This document shows positions 63,945 to 64,000 of a stretch of 64,000 nucleotides of DNA, piece after piece. How positions within the stretch are numbered: the stretch's first letter is position 1; the number at the start of each line of letters is the position of its first letter. This DNA comes from Octopus bimaculoides (Eukaryota): assembly GCF_001194135.2 (NCBI RefSeq), contig NC_068982.1, forward strand, positions 168,570,919-168,634,918, written 5' to 3'. The notes under the pieces were generated by a model that did not search any database, had not been told where the DNA came from, and worked only from the letters and a program-made list of their open reading frames with translations. A program made the translations under genes and the position numbers.

Positions 63945-64000
<56 letters not shown>
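63105..64000 (+). mobile_element. R4/Dong-like LINE 3' portion with an internal inversion (63341-63667) and (TAA)n tail
   Basis: Forward WVKKRVYGQFRRDVKDKT; inverted WMTKSDLKSETEALICATQEQ..CRICGQ..HDNIARLVHWTLC; forward MIQCNHELENRKLDIVLIEK..LLGTARVLREVLEK*; 3'UTR and tail. Confidence 0.92.

Overview
This is AT-rich, repeat-saturated animal genomic DNA from a gapped short-read assembly, with many N-runs bounded by microsatellites. The tRNA-derived SINE families, (TAA)n-associated R4/Dong-like LINEs and dense microsatellites point to an octopus genome (inference from repeat content). I found no intact host protein-coding gene; nearly all ORFs in the track are microsatellite, gap or antisense artefacts, or transposon remnants. 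Recognisable content: three SINE families (about 25 copies); many R4/Dong-like RLE-LINE fragments; RTE- and CR1-type LINE remnants; mariner, Tc1/maT-like, hAT and piggyBac transposase remnants; several short foldback (MITE-like) elements; and tandem arrays. The most interesting locus is a 5'-truncated Naiad-type Penelope-like element (10701-12197). Its GIY-YIG endonuclease is split by an in-frame 190-codon Thr/Pro/Ala-rich insert between the VVY and YIG motifs. Its inverted pseudo-LTRs each carry a type I hammerhead ribozyme with a different, complementary core lesion. Three more hammerhead-like motifs and one HDV-like candidate occur elsewhere. Also notable: SINE multimers sharing one head, chains of (TAA)n-associated retroelements, a 330-bp internal inversion in a LINE, a triple 26-bp repeat with antisense let-7 seed matches, and a pre-miRNA-like hairpin. 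All structural calls are by eye, without database searches.
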